64,000 nucleotides of DNA from assembly GCA_013239625.1 (NCBI GenBank), contig MU055488.1:219882-283881 (forward strand). Reading direction: 5' to 3'. The position numbers and the translations under genes are program-made. Below, piece after piece: positions 13,781-28,656 of the stretch (the stretch's first letter is position 1; each line of letters opens with the position of its first letter). The stretch is from Lama guanicoe (lineage: Eukaryota). The notes under the pieces were generated by a model. That model worked only from the letters and a program-made list of their open reading frames with translations. It did no database searches and had not been told where the DNA came from.

Positions 13781-16678
13781 TTGGTTCTTAGGGACAAGTT
13801 CCTAGAATTGGAATGAGCGTTCTCAGCGCTTTAAATGCAGTTACTGGAAGGCTGCACTAGTGAGAGTCGCCCTTTCCCACGTTTACCAACATTCAGGCGG
13901 TCTTACAAGTGTTCTCTAAGTTTCTTAAACGGAAAGTAACGTCTTTATCTTCTGTTTTCTTTTTATCGCTTATTATTGTTAGCTGCAGTGCTGAGGGCTT
14001 GGTCAGGCTCTCTGGGCTTGACTGGAGTCCCGCACCTGTGGGCGGTGGAAGCGAGCCCCTGACCCCTCTCCCTGCTGTGTCCTCCAGAGCCGGCCTGGCC
14101 TGTTCTGTCCGTGCTGGCGGGACGCACGCGCCACCTGCTGGTCAGACGAGCAAGGCTGAGCCTGAGTCCAGTGCTGCGGCCGGCGTGCCCAGCTCCGGGA
14201 GCCCGTGTCCTCAGTTTTGGAATGGGTGGGGGCTGAGGGGCAGGCCCCTCTACCTGTCTGTCTCTTGCAGTCGGGCCCTGCGAAGGCCTTGCCTACGGGG
14301 TGCCTGCTTCTGGTGCCGCACGCTTCCCGCTGCTAGCTGTGAATGCTCCTTTACGACGTGTCGTCTGGAACTGTGCCTGTCCCTTTTCTTCAGCGGAACC
14401 TCTGAACATTGCTGCATTTTCTGTTCTTTGATGTTATGTTGATGCCAAGACACTTAGCTAGGGTGTTACTGTACAGAAACTCTCCAAGGGAAAATAAGCC
14501 TGTACTCCTACTGGTTGCATTAATTTTAAAAAGCAGACCTTTTTATCTATTTGTGAAGTCAAGGTGTGTTCCATGTAGAAAAGCTGGAAATTTTCTAACG
14601 TAGAGAATTAGGAAAACCCTGCGCATTTGTGATTAGCCACACAACGCGAGAGTTGTGGTCTTTTTTCCCGTCCTGTCACTACTGAGCTTGCGCAGCAGGG
14701 TCTCAGTCAGCAGCCTGCTTTTCCGCTGAGTTTCACGTTGCCGTTGATTAAGTGGCTCCTGATTTCCGGTGTCTGAGTTACTCTGGTCGCTTCCTCACGT
14801 TGGCCCTCTTACGGTGCAGCTTTGGGCGTACACCTGTTTTGGTCTTTGGGATTGTTTGTCTTAGGCCCAGGGAGGTGGGCTCCCTGAGTCGCGGGACATG
14901 AGGTTGTTGGGGAGCCTGTGTGCCAGTTGCCAGGTGACTCTTGGGGGCGGGTTCTCGGGCTCTGCTGCGTGGGCGGCCTCGCGGACAGCCTGCTGCCCCA
15001 GTGGGATCGCGTGTCGTTTTGCTATGGCTGGTAGTTGGTGTGCGTTTCTCTGGTGGCTGGAGAGTCTTCACACGTCAGTGCCACTCCAGGCACTGTGTGT
15101 CCCGCTGCGCGACCTGACTGTGCCATCCACGGGCTCGTGGTGCCTTTTCTCCTCGAGGGTGAGCTTTCTCCGATGAAGGGCATCAGGTGCGGTGGGGACG
15201 ATGGTTCCGCCCCCTGGTTAGTGGCCTTTTACTTTATCCTTTGGAGTAAAGTTTTAACTTAACTATAAAAATACTGTTTTGTTCTTTTGTTTAGTTAAGT
15301 TTATCCTGTTAGGAAACTTGAGAAGTAATCTTTTATATTTTCTACCTTTTTGTTGTTTAACAGAATTATTAATCCACTTGGGCCTTTTTTGGTGTAAGGT
15401 GTAGAGTGGACGTTCCCCCTTACGGGTAACTGTAGTCTATCCCTGCTTTGTGGATATCTCACTTTTCCATTATTTATTTTAAAAACACACACAGGAAGTT
15501 CGTACGCCTGGTAGGTTTTGCCACGGCCCCTGTGCTATTTCAGTCTCAGGCCAGGTGCCGTGTGGTGACAGTGCCGACAAGGCTCGGAGCAGCCACCGGT
15601 CCCTCCGGCGTCATGCCCTCTGTCCATCTGGGAGTCTGGTCCTGTCGTTAAGGTTTTGTGGATCGTTCTGGCTGTGCTTCCCTCCCTGGGACAAGGACGG
15701 TGGTTCTCTGAAACACCGCATGTGTTAGCCGAGCTCCACGTTTAAAGTCGATGTAAAGTCTGCAGTGTGGTGTTTCCCACAAGAGGGGGCAGCATTGGGC
15801 CTATGGGAGGTGTCGCTTCTGTGAGTCTGTGTGTTACATCTGTGGGGTAGTTTCCTTTTTTGCTTGTCTGTGCTTTTGGACCTCTGCTGTGAACGTGATA
15901 TTCCCTTTTTTTTAATGAGAAAAATAAAATGTAAAATAACCAACTTGCTTAAGTCTTTCAAAGGAGCCTTAGGTTTTTACTGTACTTTGGAAACTCAGCT
16001 CGTGTGACTGTGTCCAGGAGAGGAGGTCGGCCTGGCTGCTTGGGGAGGTGCAGCGCAGAGGCAGGGGTGCGCCCCCAGTGTCTGAGTCCCAGCCGGACTG
16101 CCCCCAGCCCTGTGGGCCGCCTCTGGGCTGGGTCGGAGGTCAGGCTGGGGATGAGGCTGCTGTGGGCGTGGCCCTCATCCCGCAGGGCCTCCCGGAGTCG
16201 GGGATTTAAACGGGGTCAGGGAAGCTGCCTCGGGTCTGTCCCCGTTTCTCCCCTCTTGGTATCACTGGAGGCGCAGGTTCTGCACGAGGTCCTGGGCCTC
16301 TTCCCGTGCCCCGAAGCACAGCTTCCTGGGGAGGGCATGTGAGTTTGCCTTTGTAACCAGCGCCCCAAAGTGGGAAATCCCTGGTGGCAGCGTCTCCAGG
16401 TGTGTGCGTGGGCTGGGGGGACCGTGTGTGCTCGGGTGAGGGGGACCACGTGCCAGCCCTGGTTTCCCCACCTGCAGGCCTCCTCTCAGCTGGGTGGGGG
16501 TGTGGACAGCACCATCCTGAAGGAAGAGGGCCGAGTGCCGGTGGGGGGCTTCCAGTCCATCTGCAGGGGCGGAGAATGGTGTGGCCCACCCTGCTGTGCT
16601 CTGTGGGGGCAGCTGGGGAGGAGAGGTCCTCACCGGTCAGGATGCTGTCCCTGTGCCTCCTGCCCTCCCCTTGCTTAG

Positions 16679-17686
<1,008 letters not shown>

Positions 17687-18319
17687 TGATTTGAACTTTG
17701 GTTTTGATCAGATGCTCGGGGTGTTTGTAACCCCTGATCTGAGCGCAGACCCTACCCCTGCCCGAGGGCGCTGGGTGGTGCCGCCTGCTCTGCTTGTGTG
17801 GAGTTTAAGTTCTGCGGGAAGGGGGGGCCCCTATGCAGCCCTGGGGTCAGCCCCCTCCCTCCGGCCCTGTCCCCCTGCTCTGTCGTTGCTGTGGGTGAGA
17901 CCCTGCTTGTCGCTGGAGCTGGGGAGCCCAGGGCCCACTTGGAGGAGAGCAGGGGTTTCGGGCTGTGTTTAAACAGGGGCTTCTGGGCTGTGACTCGGGG
18001 TGATGTCGTCTTCCTGGGTGTCGCCTCCTCTGCTCTCCTTGGCGGGTGTCAGAGGCGTGAGGGCGTGGGGACAGTGGGGCCCCGGGTGTCGGAGGAGCAG
18101 AGAGGACCCCCCGCACTGCTTTGCACCTAGAATGTCCTCAGACTCACAGTGCCATTGCCCCTTCATTGTCACTTACGTGATGAGACTCTCGGAATGCTTT
18201 AAAGGCACCTGGGAGATGCACCGTTTCCTGAGTGCCTGTGGTCTGCTGAGGTAATCCGTGTTTTCACGTGTCCTTCCGTGCTGTGAGTAGACGTGGTGTG
18301 TCATACAGGGGCTTTAAAA

Positions 18320-18735
18320 GAGATGGAGGTGTGATGCACATTGTAATTCTCCCTTTAAAGTATATAAGCTCCGTGATTGTTTTGTATGTGCACAGGGTTG
18401 TGCGGCCATCCCCACTAATTCCCAGGCATTCTCCTCACTCCTGAAGGGAAGCCCACACGCAGTAGCGGGCCCTCCCCATCCCTCCCCTGCCACCCCCAGC
18501 CCCTGGAGCCCTAGACTTGCTTACTCTGGATGTTTCATCTGAGTGGAGTCATGTGATGGGACCTTCCTTCAGCGTGGTGTTGTCCCGCTGCCTCCACGCA
18601 GTGGCCTGTGTCTGTGCCCTGTCCTTCCTCTGGTCGGTGCTCTGTTGTGTGGGTGTCTTGCTTTTTCTGAACAACGCTGATCTGAGCCTTTGTGTGTAAG
18701 GTTTTGTTTGAGCGTGTATTTTCAGTTTCCTTGCC
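18320..18735 (-). mobile_element. Old LINE-1 3'-end fragment
   Basis: ccctttaaagtatataagctccgtg...acagggttgtgcggccatccccactaatt...gagtggagtcatgtgat; approximate. Confidence 0.6.
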
Positions 18736-21700
18736 GCAGTAGTAGCAATAGTTTTTTTTAAATTACTGAGGAAGTTTAACACTGATTTGAACACTTCTGG
18801 CGTTTGAGGTCTGTGGGCCTTTTCCTGGCTGCACACCTTTCACACTGACGGACACAGGTTTCGGCTTGTGTTGGCACGACCTCTGCCTGTGGGCACTCTC
18901 CGCGCTGCCTGTGTGGGCGGCGCTTCAGGAGGACATGCCTGCTGTGAGGGGCTCCTTGTGGGTGAGGCTGGCAGGAGGTGCTGAGTGTGGAGCTGGTCAC
19001 CAGGCCGTCACTGCGGGTCTTAGCAGGGGGCCGTTTATGTTGCAGGTGATCCTGGTAAGGGATGGGTGGATGGGCTGAGACGGTTTATTTGAACGGTTGA
19101 GTGTGAGTGGATGCCTAGTGTTTGCATGAGTCGCTTGCCAAGTCCCAGGTCAGGGAGAAGCCAGGGCTTGAGGATCGCGGCCGAGCCTGTAGGTCCCCTT
19201 CCCTGCAGGGAAGCCCCGCCCTAAATCGCTGTCGCGGCAGTGGTCTGGCTCTGGGCCTCCTCGTCCTGCTCAGGAATCTGCGTCCTGGATGGGCACCTGG
19301 GTCTCCTGCAGCCCCTGGCCTGGCAGCCACCCCTCCAGAGGCCATCGCTGCGTTTGACTGGGGCCGCTGAGCCGCAGGTGCCTGCCTCCACCCTGGGGTG
19401 GTGACCACCACTGCGCTCTCAGGCCACCAGCCAGAGCACCCATGGCCACCTCGTCCTGGCTCAAGTGCTGGCGCACCCAGTGCGGTCTCAGCTTGAGAAG
19501 GTCCTGGGGCTGCTTTCTGTCCAGTTCTGCCCCGGCCGGGCCCATGGACCTTTTTTTTTTAAAAACAAAAAACCAAGAAACAGCTTTGGTCCTCTTGCTG
19601 CTGGTCGCCGGCTTGTGCAAGGCCTGCCAGCCACTCCGCCGGCAGGAGCCAGGGCTGTCACTAGGGCGCCTCCACGCCCCACGCTCGAGGAGAGAGTGTC
19701 TCTCTTTTCCTCCTGAGGAGCAGAAGGGTTTTCCCAAAGGCTTAGTGAAGCCAGGCCCTGCACCCCTGTGCGCTTGTCACCCAGAGGAGGGGCCCCGTGG
19801 GGCTGGGGCACGCTGGCCGCCACGCCCAGAGCTGCCCAGGGAGATGGACTCTAGGCAGGAGTATCACCGATGCTGCTGCTGAGACCCCTGCCGGTGAGGC
19901 CAGCCCGGCCCTGCCTCCTGAGCCCGTGGGAGCCTGGTGTCTGCTGGGAAGACCCGGGGTCCTTCTGGGATCCTTCCCTTCTCCTGAGGGGGAGAAATTT
20001 GGTGTAACTGCTGCCGCCGCCGCCGAGCGGGCGTGGTCTTGCCAGGAGCTCCTCAGACCTGAACGGCGGGCCAGGCGTCCGCCCTGCGTGATGAAACCTG
20101 CCCGCGCTGTGTGTGCTCCAGGGTTTCCTTCCTCCTTTGATGCACTTGGCTTCGTTTTATCCACCTGTTCATTAGTGTGGGCTAGGCGAAACAGGTGGAC
20201 TCGTAACAAGCACCATCGAAACTGGGGCTCGGTTTTCGCTTCCCTGGAAGTGTGCTTCTCTCGCAGCGATGGCTTCTACCTCTCGTGGGAGGGAGGCACG
20301 TGTTTGGCAACTCCTTTCACTGGAGGCCCCTTCACTGTGACTCTCGAGACACCCTTTGGTTTAGTCCCTTTTTCGTAAGCATTAGGAGTAATGCTAATTT
20401 AGGAGATTCAAGGAAGGGAAACAGAATCAAAAGTTGAGGCTGGTCGTCATTTGAGCTTGCTGCTCTCTGCTCCAGCTCCTCAGTCGGTGCCCCGTGGTGG
20501 CTGGGGGTGGGCGCGGGCGGGTGGTGCCGGCCGCTGGGGTTGCATCTCCCTCCGCAGCGAGGGTCCTGCCCATCTCGTCAGGGGGGAACAGTGCAGACAC
20601 ATTGACAGACAGCGGAAGGGAGACCGCCGGGCCCACGGTCGCCCAGCCTGAGCCACGTGTGGGGATGGAGGAGCCTCCTGCCCAGGTAGGGGGGCTGTTG
20701 AGCAGGCCCCATGCACGCCAGACTTGTGACTCTGCCCCGGGGGGTGATGGCCCTTTGGGCCCCCCTGAGCCTGGGCCCTCGTCCTGGCAGTGCCCATGAT
20801 CCCAGGCACGTGGCGCCCTCCCTGCGCAGTCTGTCGAAGGGAAGTAGCAGGTCTCTGACCTCGGAGGGCGTGTGATGTGACACGAGGCCGTCTTTGACGA
20901 GGAGGGCGCTTGCTCGTCGTCCAGGTCATTCCCGGGTGGCTTTGATTCCTGTTCTCTCCGGGCTCTTTGTGGTTTCGTTAAGGTGGTTTGGCCAGAGGAC
21001 ACATTATCCAAATTGGGCTTTTCAGTGGCAGCGCTTGCCTGGGGCAGGCCGTGGGTGGAAGGAGCACAGAGGCAGCACTTGAACGTGTGCGTTTTCGGGG
21101 GGGGGTGCCTCGTTCACGGTCTCCTGTATGGTTCAGGTGAAAGGCGCCTTCAGTTCCCCCGTGGGCTGGGGTAGCCGTGGAGCGGCCAGCTCACGCTGTC
21201 TCACGTGACTCAGCGTTTTCTGGGCAGCAGGCACAGAGTCTTGTTGGAACACGCACGGTGTGTGGCTCGCCTCCGTCCGCTGGCGGCCTGGTCTGTACAC
21301 CTGCTGTGTGGAGAGGTGACGTGTCCTCCTGGACAGGTGTGCGCTCGCAGGTAGCCCAGCCCAGGCCCACGCTTGCGGGGGAAGGGGCCTAGTGGGTCAC
21401 AGGCGCCTTTGCCTTGGAGGAGAGACAGAGCCGTGCTCCTGGCCAGTGTCCCTACACCGCAGCGTCCTGGCCCCCACCCCCCGCTGGGCACCCTCCCTAC
21501 GTGCAGGGGTCCCTCGGGCTCTCTGTGCCCGATTCCCCGTGACCTCCGTTCCTGCTTCCTGTCCACGGTCCCAGGGCCCTGGGTCTGGACACCTGTTGTG
21601 CTTGCTCCAGGCTCTGCAGGTCGTGGCTGCCACCCCGAGCCCCCGGCCTGCCTGGCGAGACCCAGCAGCAGAAGAGGGTGCCCGGCGGCGCTGCCTGGGC

Positions 21701-24700
21701 TCTCGCTGGTCAAGTCAACTCGTAGGGTGGGCTCCAGGCATCTCCCAGGCCCAGCTGTCCTTTCTGGATTTGGTGCTCGCTGGGTCAGGCGGGCTGCCCC
21801 TGGTGGCCTGTCCGGGGTCCTCGCCTAGAGCATGCTCAGCCATCTGCTCTCTCTGCCCTCCCTCTGCTTGGGCCCCGCCTGGTCTGTGGCTGGTCCACTT
21901 GACGGCAGTGGTGCCACCTCTCTGTCCCTCAGCTGCAGCCATGCTGTCTCCACCACCTTTGGAGAACTAGGGGCAGCGCCGGAGGGTAGGTAGCGCCGGC
22001 CCCAGGAGAGGGGTGGGCACCGAGCTCGGCCGCCTCTTCTCTGTGGTTCCCACCCGTCAGTGCCTTGCCGTGGGTGTTCTGGATCCCGCACTCCTTTGCA
22101 CTGCGTGGGCTGCCGGCCCGGTCCTTGGCAGCCTCAGCTCTATGCTGTCTGGTCCTGGATGAGGCCCGCCGGCTCCTCCGCCCTTCCCTCTGTGTCTCCT
22201 CCTGTCTCACCTCCACATGAGCCCCTGCTCCACACGTGCAGGAGAATCTTGGAGGCAGACCGACACCAGCCACCATCGGGCCTCCAAGTGCTTGTCAGGA
22301 CCGCTTAATTCAGGGGCAGTAACTCTTCAGAAAAAGATGGCTTCTCAGTCTACTTGCCTAACGTAGGCACAGAGGGTGCAAGAGGCAGGGTTCCTGCCAC
22401 GAGGGCTGAGCGAGGATCAGGTGGACCTAAGCCCTGCGCAGTCCCCAGGGCAGAGCTGACTGGTGGGGGCGGCTGTGACCCACAGGGGAACGTCTGAGTG
22501 GAGCGGTGGGGCGTGGGGAGGGGTGCTCTAAACGGGAGCGTCTTGGTGCGGTTTGCTGTTTGGGTGTGGATTCCTCTGTGGGCTGTTCAGGCCACTGGAA
22601 GGAGCTGGGTGAATGCTCAGGTGGTAGGGTAGGTACGTCGTGAGCAGGTTGGTCTGAAGACAGGAAGTCCCGCCTGTCTGGTGTCCCCTGGGCTCTTCCC
22701 TGTGCACCTCCTTCCTCCTCCTCATCTCACAGCTGGGGTGGGGAACAGGAGGGGGAGCAGGGCGGCCCGCCCCTCCCGTGGAGCTGTGTGCGAGTGGGTC
22801 GCACTGTGAGATTAGACATGTGACAAGGCAGTAACACTTCATGTGACTGTTGAGCACTTAAACGTTTCTTTGTGAAGTTAATTTTTAGTTACATATTTGT
22901 ATACTTAAAATTTTTCGTAATTTACTTGACATACACTTACTTTATCAGGATTGTATTTTTTCATTCTGGGTCCTTATTGATTATAATCAGCTGCTTATCC
23001 TGGCCATCCAAAACTCAACTTCAGCATCAAATTTCTCCGCATGGGAAATTGTTTTGTTTTCCCCTTAATGTATGCAGCCCTGAGGAACTAAACCGGGCGC
23101 ACACTTGAGACAAGAGAAGAGTGGGGCTGTGTGACGGGGGCCACGATGCTCGTGCTCACCGGCTGGCGGGGGACTCTGGGCACCTGGTGCAGGCCCCCTT
23201 TCTCCCAGGGCCTGGGGTGGGGCTGCTGGTCTTGGCCTTGATTCGGTGGTGCCTCCAGGGGACCTCAGACCAGCATCTCCTGCTGGGCAGCCTGTGATTC
23301 ACCGGAGAACGTGCCCCGGGGAGGGAGGCTGGTGCGGTGGCAGGAGAGCAGGCCTGGGCGGGGAAGGCGTGGTGCTTCAGAGTGATTATGGGGAAACTGG
23401 AGCAACAGGAACAGACCCGGTGGCCTCTCTTCTCAGCTGTGCATGCTGTTTGTCGGCGTCTCTGCAGCGTGGCTGCCAGTGTGACGTGTGTGTGCTTCCA
23501 GCCAACTCCTGTTTGATGCCCCCATGGAAAGGGGTGCACCCTGCTTGGGTGCTGGCTGAGGACCCTCCCAGCTATCAGAGGCCAGGGCGTTTCCTCCCGT
23601 TGCTGAGGGTCGCTGACCTCTGTGCCCGCCAGGTTGGACCACGTGCGCTGGGGAGGGCAGTTTTTTAAGGTGGCCCCGTTCTATGTAAAAAGTCAGACCA
23701 ACAAACAAAAACAAAGCCCTTGCCTTCAGTGTTTTTTGTTCCTTTTCATGCTTTTTGCCCTTCAGAGTCTGTGCACGGGAGAGTCTCCCTTCGTGTGTGC
23801 AGAGAGCCCCCTGGGAAATCCTGGGGGATTTAAGGCCCGGAAAAGTGTTGGGATAAAAAACTTGCCTTGAACTCATGAAAAATGGAGTGTGGGTCCCCCT
23901 TGGTCCAGACACGCTGACTGCCTGGCCTCGGGGCTGGTCCCCTGCGTGGGCTGGGATTCAGGGCCTGTCACCCGCCGCCCGTGTCTGGTGGGGCCATGTC
24001 AGTGTTGTCCTGGGAAGTCCTCCCCATCCTGTTCTTTTCTCCTACTTAGACTTTGGAAGGAATTTGGCAAATGACGGGTGTTACTACTGAGAGCATTTTT
24101 GACATTTTCTCTGGCTTTAGGTTCTTATTATTTGTTAGTGAATGAGACCAGGCGCCGCCTCTCCCTTTCCGTGCTGTTGACCCCATGGCCTCCCCCGGCC
24201 GGCCACCTGCCCTGCTCCAGGTCTCTCCTCAGCTTCCCGGACGTTGACAGTGTCCTCCTCTGACTGTCCGCCTCATTGTGTCCTCCACATGCTGCTGTGT
24301 GCTGTCCGTCCCAGGAGGACGGGGTGCCTGGGCACCGAAGCACCCTGCCTGCAGGCGGAGAGTTCAGTCCCTCACATGTTTCCTGAGAAGGGGGTTGTTG
24401 TCTGTTGTGTGACCGCCCAGCCCGAAGCCCGTGGCTTCCACAGCCGCCGCTGCTTGTGCGTGTGGAGGCCAGGTGTGGGGGCTTGTCTCTGCCCCTGCTG
24501 CCCAGGGCTCGCCTGGGCAGCCTGTGCTGCAGGCGACCGGAAGGGCTCTGCTCGCTGGCGCCAGTGCACGTGGGTGCCGGCTTCCGGGGGGAGTGTCGAG
24601 CAGGGGGGCCTGGGCTTGGAAGTCACAGCGTTGCTCCCGTCTGGCTCCTTTGGTGGAAGCAGCCGGACACCCGTGTCCCCGGGGAGGGAAGCCTCAGCCC

Positions 24701-25904
24701 CAGAGACCCCAGCTCTGGATGGCAGGGGTCAGAGGGGGCCACACAGGGTGACCATGTCACTCCTGTCCAGCCTGCGTGTCTGAGAGGAAAGGAAGGCCCT
24801 GCTCCATTCACAGAAAAGCTGTCTGGACGAGGTGGGGTGCACAGCACCTCAGCCTGGTGCCCTTTCTGGACTGGCCGGAGGTGCCCGTCTGACCGGATGC
24901 TCTAACAGAACAGCCACGTCCACGTCGGCCGGCCTCGGTGCCCTTGGGCCGGCCTGTCCCCGGCTGTGGGGTGGGTGAGGATGACTAGGCTTGCTGTGGG
25001 ACTATCTCAGCGAGCCCGCCGCCTGCGGGTGGGTGTTTTGGTGCTGCCTGACTGTCCCCAGATTCCACGCCCCGCAAGGAGGGAACCTGGTGTTTCTGTT
25101 CTGAAAAGGGATGGCTTAGGTCTCTAGTGGAAGAGAGACCCCTGCAGGTGGTGCACCCCCCTGCACGTGCACCGCAGTTGGTCCCGGGCCCCCAGCTTCG
25201 GTGGAGACGTCGCTGTTTGGGTGCTCTGGACCTCGCCCCCTCGGCGGGGTCTCCTGGCGTCATCAGTGCTGCTCCCGCCACCGGCCCTGCCCATTGTCCC
25301 TGGCTGGGGCCAGTCGTGCCTGCACTTGTGCCTGGTCCGAGTTGGCAGCACCCGCCCTGTCCTGTGTCCGTCTGGCGCCTGAGTCTCAGGGCCACGGGGG
25401 CGTAGCCTCTGCCGTCAGCAGTGCTCAGCACAGGCTGCCTGGTTGGCCCGCCGTCCCGGGCCCTAAAAAGGCGGGGATGCTGCCTGGCGCTGTGTCGCGG
25501 GGGTGGTTTCCTAGCGTTCCCCTCGGTCACACTCTTCCGTGTGTGGACCGTGAGTCGTGCAGTGCTGGTTTCCTGCGGCTGACCTTCTGTCCCCGTCACT
25601 GGCCCTTCGGATACCCTCCTTCTGGTTTCTCCTGCGGTTGCTCAGAGCCCTTCGGCTGTGCTGCCGGCTCTGCTCCGGGCCTGCCGCCTGAAGCCTCGGG
25701 GGCTGGGGCAAGCTGGCCCCTAGTGCCCTCTTCTCACTGGGAGCGCGCGCTGCTGCGATGTCCCGCTGCTCGTTCAGGGAGGCGCACGCAGCCTCTGGCG
25801 TGGGGCACGGCGTCCGCTGTGGGCGGGCTTCCCTTGGCGCTCTTCGTTCCGCCCGCGGTTGATGGGAGCCTTCCTCGTGGGTGGGTGCTGGAGTTAACGC
25901 GAGG

Positions 25905-26600
25905 TGTTACACTCAGTGGTTTCGGGTGTTAACCCAGCCTTGCATCCTTGCAAGTGGGGACTAGACCCCGTCTGGTCATGGGGTGAAGTCCACTTCACAT
26001 GTTCCTGGATTTGCTTTGCTAACGTCTTGTTAAGGAGTTTTACCTGTTTGTTCAGGAGGGATACTGACCTGTGGTTTTCCTGTGATGGCTGGGCTTTTTT
26101 TTTTAGTTTTTAAAAAGAATTTCTTTAACTTAATTTAATTTTTAAAAACTTTGTTTCATTTATCTCTTTTTTTGTGGGGTGGGCTGAGGAGGTCATTAGG
26201 TTTATTTATTTTTCTCAGGGAGGTCCTGGGTTCAATCTTGTGCACACTGGGCATGCGCTCTGCCGCTGAGCTCTGCTCTCTTCTGGGGCGTTTGTATCAG
26301 GCGAGGACTGGCCTCATGAAGTCAGCTGGGGTGTGTTCTCTGCTTCCTTAAAGCTTGTGTGGGATGGTACTTCTTCCTTAAATATGTGCTAGGATTGGTT
26401 AGTGAAGCCGTGTGTGCCTAGGGCTTCTTTTGTGCAGGGATTCTAAATTACTAATTAAATACCTTCACGTGATAAAGGTCTTTTCAAACTTTCTATTTTT
26501 TAAGTCATTTTTGCTAATTTGGAACCTGCCTTGGAATTTGTCCATTTTCTCAAGTTGTCTGATTTGTTGTCATAAAGTTGCTGATGAAAGTCCTTTGTTA
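25905..26600 (-). mobile_element. Old LINE-1 ORF2 fragment interrupted by a SINE
   Basis: aacccagccttgcatcc...ggatttgctttgctaacgtcttgttaaggagttttacc...agtgaagccg...ttgtccattttctcaagttgtc is typical of antisense L1 ORF2. Confidence 0.7.
26100..26280 (-). mobile_element. tRNA-derived SINE (Vic-1-like), internally rearranged
   Basis: A-box end (gcatgcgctctgccgctgagct) and tail (gaggtcattaggtttattt) lie in minus orientation, but the B-box segment is inverted. Boundaries approximate. Confidence 0.75.
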
Positions 26601-27340
26601 CCTGTTAGTTCTGTGGGTCTCTTGTGAAGTCCTCGAGCTGCTGACTCTGTGTCCATATGTACGTGTTGTGTGTGTGTACACATGTGCACACATACGTGTG
26701 TCAGAGCAGAAGTGCAACCACACACACACTTGTGTTGTTGAACTGCTTTAACTTAAATCGCTCCAGTGCTTCTGACTCCTTCAGCGTGTGTTGTACACGA
26801 TCAGCATGCCCACTCGGAGGGCTTCTTTTTAAAACAGAAGAAAGCTTTGTTGTTTCCCACATGACAATCGTTCTGATTTCAGCCTCGGCTGGAGGAAAAC
26901 ACGGCGGCGGCTTCGCGCTCGATGACGCTGACCTGCTGTCCGCTGGGTGCACGGGGCCAGGCCGGGTGTGGAGCGCGCGGGGTGGTTCTGGCGCTCCTGA
27001 CCTGTGCTCAGACAGTGCGCCTTCCTGGTGGTGGTCTCTGCTCCACCGTCACACAGCTGTTGGCGTTCTGGAGCATACCTCCCAGCGCCCCGCTCTCCAC
27101 GGAGGACGGCGCCCTGGGCCTGGGCGCGGGCACGGGTAACTGCACCCCAGTTCTCGGTCCCTTCCAAAGGTTTCCTCTCCAGCCTCTTGTAACCCTTTCT
27201 CTGTTGTACACAAACTGTTCTCTTGTGGTGAGTGTGGAGAATAAAAATTCTGAAAGATGAAATGAATTATTTTGGTAATTTATGTTTTAAACTTGTAAAT
27301 GTATTTGCAGCATTTTAACAAATATTTTTTCCTTTTTTAG

Positions 27341-27386
27341 GCACAAATATTTAAGCATGGAAAACGTGAGGACTGCTTACCCTATG
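27341..27386 (+). CDS. TBCD: TBCD exon 8
   Basis: ttttttag|GCA CAA = AQIFKHGKREDCLPY; donor G|gtaagg; 46 nt. Confidence 0.97.
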
Positions 27387-28443
27387 GTAAGGTTTATTTG
27401 TGAATGATGGTGTGCTTGTGATGTGAATTTGCCCCAATTAAGACCCAGTGTGTCTCCTTAACATTTTATAGGAACAAAAATCTGTAACTTGCTGTATTTG
27501 GATACTATCATTTTTTTGGTTTGTCTGCGTGTGTGTGTGTATGTGTGTGTGAATAATCTGACTTTCATAATTAGGCCTCAGTATGGGACGTTTTGTCACA
27601 TACAGGAAGGCAGTTCATGAACTGTCATTTCTTTTCTTTTCTTTTTTTTTTCTTTTTTATTTCTTTTGAACTGTCATTTCTGACACAAACTCCTGGTCTT
27701 CAGTGCATGGTCCTCTAGTCTCATCCCAGCTCCTCCTCACCCCCAGACACCCTGCCCTTTCCCTGGACTCTGCTGACTCTTTAAAGCCTGATCTGGTACT
27801 ACTGTCACCTGAGAACGTGAACAGTGGTCACTTGGCATCCTCACACGCTGTCCCCGGCGGCCTCGTGCACACAGATCCCAGGGCGCATCAGTGCCACCCA
27901 GGCTGGTCATTGCATGGTCCAGTCCTTTGGGAAGTCTGCAGAGGCCACAACTTGGCTTGTAATCCTGCCCTCCAAGTCTCACAGGAAGAGTCCTGGGCAT
28001 GCTCCCGGCCTCTGCTTCCCCTGACCCCACCTCCTTGTCCCAAACAGACCCTTCCCCATTCCCACAGCCTCACATCCGCTGCTATCACCCACGTCGTGCC
28101 CCACAGCCGCCATGTGCAGCAGCAGCAGCAGAACTGCCTGAAAGCCCGAGTGCGTCTGCATGGTCCCCAGTGTGGCTGTGGTGCTCCTCTGTGCATGGCG
28201 GCGCCTCCCTCTCTGTGCCTCCTCCACACGCCTTGTTCACGGCGGGGCTCAACTCCAGTTGCACTTAGTAAATGATACTGGAGGAGGGGCTCTTGATGAA
28301 ACAGAGCTCCAGGGGTTCAGGGTGAGTGTAGGCCTCCACACTGATCTGAGGGCCCTGGGAAAGCCCATGGTTTTGGTGTTGTGGATGCCAGGCATGGTGG
28401 GTGTGGTTCAGGAGGTCAGAAAAAACCCTTCCCACCAAACTGA

Positions 28444-28656
<213 letters not shown>

